DNA of 64,000 nt, from NCBI GenBank assembly GCA_963717145.1, contig OY970325.1:3168001-3232000 (forward strand), written 5' to 3'. Shown piece by piece: positions 59,717 to 64,000 of the stretch (the stretch's first letter is position 1; every line of letters begins with the position of its first letter). This DNA comes from an uncultured Armatimonadetes bacterium. GTDB lineage: Bacteria > Armatimonadota > UBA5829 > DTJY01. The notes beneath the pieces were generated by a model. It did not search any database and was not told the DNA's origin. It saw only the letters and a program-made list of their open reading frames with translations. Made by a program: the position numbers and the translations under genes.

Positions 59717-60205
59717 TTACCTGGGTACAGTCTCAGGAATCTTGCTTTCCTTCTGATCTTCTTCGAACTCTTCGAACTCCTCATAGTGCAGCGCATGGGT
59801 CGGACAAGCCGCCACGCACGCAGGATCGTCGTGTCCTTCGCATAGGTCACATTTCAGCGCCTTTTCAGACTTCATGTCCGGGAACACCGCACCGAACGGA
59901 CAAACCATCACGCACATCCAGCAGCCGACACATTTGTCCCGATCGATCAGCACCTTGCCGGTCAACGGATCACGATAGGTCGCGCCGGTCTTGCATGCGT
60001 CGATGCAGGCGGCGACCTCGCAATGATGGCACCTCAGAGGGAACGGTCCCAGCTCTGAACTCCTGATCTTCACCAGCCGCTTGGGCCCGGATTCTTCCAG
60101 CAGCGCGCGGTAGAAATCGCCGCTCTTCGAGTGTCTGACCGCACAGGCGATCTCGCATGCCCGGCATGACAGGCACTTGCGACTATCACAATAGACTCTG
60201 GCCAT
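59717..60205 (-). CDS. cooF: CooF-like polyferredoxin (four 4Fe-4S motifs)
   Basis: CLSCRACEIAC, CHHC...CIDAC, CVGCWMCVMVC, KCDLC...CVAAC. Confidence 0.9.
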   Translation of the reverse strand: MARVYCDSRKCLSCRACEIACAVRHSKSGDFYRALLEESGPKRLVKIRSSELGPFPLRCHHCEVAACIDACKTGATYRDPLTGKVLIDRDKCVGCWMCVMVCPFGAVFPDMKSEKALKCDLCEGHDDPACVAACPTHALHYEEFEEFEEDQKESKIPETVPR

Positions 60206-60225
60206 CGCTATATCCTCCTCCGGAC

Positions 60226-62164
60226 TCACGCGGAAACGGCTGCTTCCTCTTTGTTGGTTTCCGACAGCATCGGTCGGAGCTTGAGCGCGGCTCGCTTCTT
60301 GTTGATGTGCTCGATCATCATGCCCGCTGCCTTGATCGGATCTATCTCGAAGGCGAACTTCCCGCCGTATTCCTTCTCGATGCCTCCGCAGATGTAGTCG
60401 GTCAGGTTCTTACTCCCGAGGACGGGATGCGGAGAACCGAAGATCGTGTAGAGGCCCGAAGCAACGACATAGAAGCCGATCGAGATGGCCTTCTCGCTCA
60501 TCCATTCCGGGGCGGCGCCTGCTACGGGAATATCGCTTATATCCTCGCCCAGGCCGCCTTCCGCCAGAACATTGCACAGAGCGATGAGTATGCGCGTGTT
60601 GTCCACGCATGCGCCCAGGTGCAGCACCGGTGGAATGCCGACTGTCTCACAGATCTCCCGCAGTCCCGGGCCGGCGTACTTCGGCGCCCTCAGGAGAGAG
60701 CAGCCCCGTCTTCGCACATGCGATTGCGGCACATCCGGTCTGAACCACGAGGACATCGTTCTTGATGAGTTCCATCGTCATGTCGAGGTGAGCGGAATCT
60801 TGGCACACATTCGGGTTGTTGCAGCCGACAACGCCGGCCAGCCCGCGTATTCGGCCCTCGATGATTGCATTGTTGAGTGGCCGATAGGTGGAGCGGTATT
60901 TCCCGCCAAGGAACTGGAAGACGTTATCCGCCGTGAAACCTGCCACCAGGCCCTCCCTGATATCAGGGATCTGCACGCCCGCCTTCTCACGATTGGGGAA
61001 GTTCTCCACTGCCAGGCGAACTATCTGCTTGGCGATCTCCAGGCCACGCTTCTCATCGAACTCGATGTGAGTCACTTCTGCCGGGAACCGGGATTTCGGG
61101 GAAGTGGTGACCAGCTTGGTGTGGAAGCACTTGGCGATCTCGGTCAGACCGGGCATGACGCACTGCACGTCCACGATCATGGCATCGACCGCGCCGGTCA
61201 GCATCGCCAGTTCCTGCGACAGGAAGTTGCCGGCCACAGGGACCCCGTGGCGCATCAATATCTCGTTCGCCGTGCAGCAGATCCCGGCGAGGGTGATCCC
61301 ATTTGCGCCCTTCTCCTTCGCCAGCGCGAGGAGTTCCGGGTCGCGGGAAGCGGTCACGATCATCTCGGACAGCGTGGGCTCGTGACCGTGGACGACGATG
61401 TTGACCTCGCCTTCCTGGAGCACGCCCAGGTTCACCTGGGATCGAACGGGAGTCGGCGCACCGAACAGGATGTCGCTCAGCTCGGTGGCGAGCATGGATC
61501 CGCCCCACCCGTTCGCCAGCGCGGTCCGAATCCCATGGGAGATCACGCTCTTGTAGTCGTTGTCGACGCCCATGGTGGAGATGTCCATCAACTGGACGAC
61601 TTCACGGTCGATACCCCGCGGGGTGACTCCACGCTCCTGCCATAACTTCTGTCGCTTCTCAGGCGCGCGTTTCACGAACCGAAGCTGCCCGTGCTGCCTT
61701 CCGAACTCCTCGAAGGCGATCTCGGCGACCTTGCCCGCAATCTTGTTGATGTCGAGGCCCTTGGTGTCTATGCCGAATTCCTCAGCCAGCGCGCGAAGCT
61801 TCTCCGGGTTCTTGATCTGGTATCCCCCGGTTTCTCCTTGTCCGGCCATCAGGAGCGCCTCGGCAACATCCCGTCCGTGGTCGCCGTGCGCAGCCGTGCC
61901 TGCTGCGATCATTCTGACCAGGTTTCGGGCGGCAATCGTATCGGCATCGGCGCCGCAGACCCCGGTCTGAGGGCCTTCGCCAAACGGATCTATTCGACAA
62001 GGACCCATGTTGCATATACGGCAGCAGACTCCGAGCTTGCCGAATCCACACTGGGGCTGCATAGCGTCCCAGCGATCAAAGGCGGTCGGAATCTCGGCCT
62101 CGGCCGCGCGATCGAGCATCGCTTGTGCGGCGGCATCGGCAGTGCGTTTCTTCTTCGAATCCAT
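60226..62164 (-). CDS. cooS: Ni-CO dehydrogenase catalytic subunit (extra base near 60688)
   Basis: CGFG...CCRICNMGPC, HGHEP, GICCTANE, DVQC, GCNN, GACVDN, PEWMSEK. Confidence 0.95.
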
Positions 62165-62189
62165 GATCTGTATCTCCTCTGTCGGGCGG

Positions 62190-62960
62190 CTAACCCGTCT
62201 CTTCCAGTAAGCGGGCTATGATCTTCTCAATCGCATCATTGACCGCGGGCAGACTCGCCTGCGGTGCGCGTCCTTCAATCTCGGCCAGACGCAGGGCTTC
62301 ATCATACGGTATCACACCCAGAACCGGCATTGGGGCCACGGAATGCTCCAAAAACTCGGTTTCCTGATCGCTGCGACTCTTGCTGCCGATCACTCCTACG
62401 TGAGTTATGCCGATATCGGCGGCAAGCGACTGAATGCGCTTGGCGGTCTCGACGCTTTGCCGCGTGGGTTCGGCAACTACCAGCAACCAGTCTACACCAG
62501 AAGCGGTGCCTCTGCCAAGGTGCTCGACACCCGCTTCCATATCCATAATAAGGACATCCTGTTCGCTCAGCAAGAGATGGGATACCAGGTTCTTAAGGAA
62601 GACGCTCTCGGCGCAATAGCAGCCGGATCCACCCTTCTTGACCTCGCCCATACGCAGCAGTGCAACCCCTTCATGCTTCGCAGCAAACTTGTCCGCGACA
62701 TCCTCGACGCGAGGATTCAGCTTGAAGAAGCCTCCCGGCGTTCCAGGCTTTGCCCCGGTACGTTCCTCTATGAGTTCAGTCATCTCGCTGAGGGGAACAA
62801 TGCAATCCGGAGAGGGAAATCCCAGGCAGGATGCCAAAGTCGCATTCGGATCCGCATCGACCACCAGAACTCTGTGACCAGTTTTCACAAAGGCGGTTGC
62901 CAGCAGCGCGCAGATCGTTGTCTTTCCTACTCCACCTTTGCCGGTTATCGCTATTTTCAT
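62190..62960 (-). CDS. cooC: CODH nickel-insertion ATPase
   Basis: GKGGVGKTT, DADPN, FFKLNP, GSGCYC, DMEAGVEHLGR. Confidence 0.93.
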   Translation of the reverse strand: MKIAITGKGGVGKTTICALLATAFVKTGHRVLVVDADPNATLASCLGFPSPDCIVPLSEMTELIEERTGAKPGTPGGFFKLNPRVEDVADKFAAKHEGVALLRMGEVKKGGSGCYCAESVFLKNLVSHLLLSEQDVLIMDMEAGVEHLGRGTASGVDWLLVVAEPTRQSVETAKRIQSLAADIGITHVGVIGSKSRSDQETEFLEHSVAPMPVLGVIPYDEALRLAEIEGRAPQASLPAVNDAIEKIIARLLEETG

Positions 62961-63076
62961 ACGTACATTATCCCGCTGAGTTGCCCCGGCTCAAACACCA
63001 GGCAGCTTTTCAGCCCCAACGGCTGACATCGATGACACCACGGGCTTCCGCTGGTGTCATCTTTGTCCTTTTTGTA

Positions 63077-63105
63077 ACAATATCACTCGTTTCCGCGATT
63101 GTCAA
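63077..63105 (-). promoter_or_regulatory. sigma70 promoter of the cooC-led cluster
   Basis: TTGACA-17-TATTGT with extended -10 TG. Confidence 0.65.
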
Positions 63106-63237
63106 GTGAAAAGGCGGATTGGGTGCATTTCGGGAGAAAAACGGGCGTGCACAAGGGGTGGAGCGCGGTGATGCCGACCGGGAACGATCGTCATCGCGCG
63201 CTCGGGAACTCCTCCAGCCACCGGAGTCGGGCATATC

Positions 63238-64000
63238 TCAGCTCGTCAAGAGCCTGACCTGATCGAGTATATCCTCGGCCGATGAGCCTCTGGGTATGTA
63301 CGTACCGTGATACCTGAGCCCCTGCAGGATCGGCCCCAGAATCTGGTAGCCCGTGAACTTCTGGAAGATCTTGATCGCGATGTTACCGGCGCTCAGATCG
63401 GGGAAGACCAGTACATTCGCGCTGCCCGCGACCGAGCTGGACGGAGACTTCGCTCCTGCCACGGAGGGAATGAGCGCGGCATCTATCTGCATCTCGCCGT
63501 CGACCGCAAGGTGCGGTTTCCGAGTTCGCGTCAGAGCGACGGCATCCCGAATCTTGACCGCCGCCGGATGATCGGAGCTTCCAAGGGTGGAGAACGACAG
63601 GAAAGCCACCTTGGCCTCAGTCCCGGTCATTCGCTCGTAGTTTGCCGCCGACTGTATGGCGATATCCGCAAGCTGCTCGACCGTCGGCTCTGGAACAACG
63701 CTCACGTCCGCCATCCCCACGACCTGACTTCTGACAAACTGGCAGTCGTCGAACGCCACGAGGGACATGCCCGACACGGTCTTGCAGTCGTCAGCCACGC
63801 CCAGGAGCTTCAGAAAGACCCGTATCACGTGAGTCGGTGTCGAGGTCGCACCGCCGAGGACGGCATCGGCCAGGCCGTTCCGCACAAACCATGCGCCTGC
63901 GACGACCGGATCGGTCGGATCGAATGTGTCGCCCAGACCAAACTCGGCGAGTGACGCTTTGATCGCATCCTGCGTCTTTTCGCTTTCGTATTCGAGGACT
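63238..64000 (-). CDS. pta: Phosphate acetyltransferase-family protein (5' part outside the window)
   Basis: VAFLSFSTLGS, DGEMQIDAA, NVLVFPDLSAGNI, GPILQG; frame is open to the window edge. Confidence 0.85.
   Translation of the reverse strand, partial: VLEYESEKTQDAIKASLAEFGLGDTFDPTDPVVAGAWFVRNGLADAVLGGATSTPTHVIRVFLKLLGVADDCKTVSGMSLVAFDDCQFVRSQVVGMADVSVVPEPTVEQLADIAIQSAANYERMTGTEAKVAFLSFSTLGSSDHPAAVKIRDAVALTRTRKPHLAVDGEMQIDAALIPSVAGAKSPSSSVAGSANVLVFPDLSAGNIAIKIFQKFTGYQILGPILQGLRYHGTYIPRGSSAEDILDQVRLLTS

Noticed and set aside
63020-63090. Rex, CRP or CooA box at the cooC promoter
   Set aside because: Spacing does not fit TTGTGAA-N4-TTCACAA or TGTCA-N6-TGACA.

Overview
GC-rich bacterial chromosome segment. 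A Terrabacteria-type ffh-rpsP-khpA-ylqD-rimM-trmD-rplS-lepB-rnhB-yraN gene order occurs together with diderm markers (PEP-CTERM, TIGR03790, STN domains), which suggests an anaerobic Armatimonadota-like organism (inference). 1-10 kb: nikR, a LysE-type transporter, ftsY/ffh and the ribosomal operon. 10-32.7 kb: accessory genes (SbcCD-like pair, rpsT, C39 peptidase, WYL regulator, two-component system, qNOR, radC, an ECF sigma/anti-sigma pair flanked by STN-only secreted proteins, a PEP-CTERM protein, M48 protease, Met/Gly-rich Spy-like protein, ferritin-like protein with an encapsulin-type tag) and tRNA-Ser(GGA). 32.7-63 kb: 26 co-directional minus-strand genes holding most of the Wood-Ljungdahl pathway (cooC, cooS, cooF, FAD/NAD oxidoreductase, acsB, acsC, acsV, acsF, acsD, acsE, metF, metV, fhs), a selenocysteine formate dehydrogenase with a NuoE subunit and a NuoF-GltD fusion subunit, and molybdopterin biosynthesis genes; a divergent pta runs off the right edge. 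Intergenic DNA is dense with REP-like palindromes of several families, some nested and one in frame inside moaA. About 14 single-base frameshift sites are most likely long-read assembly errors. Product calls come from motif recognition only; no searches were run.
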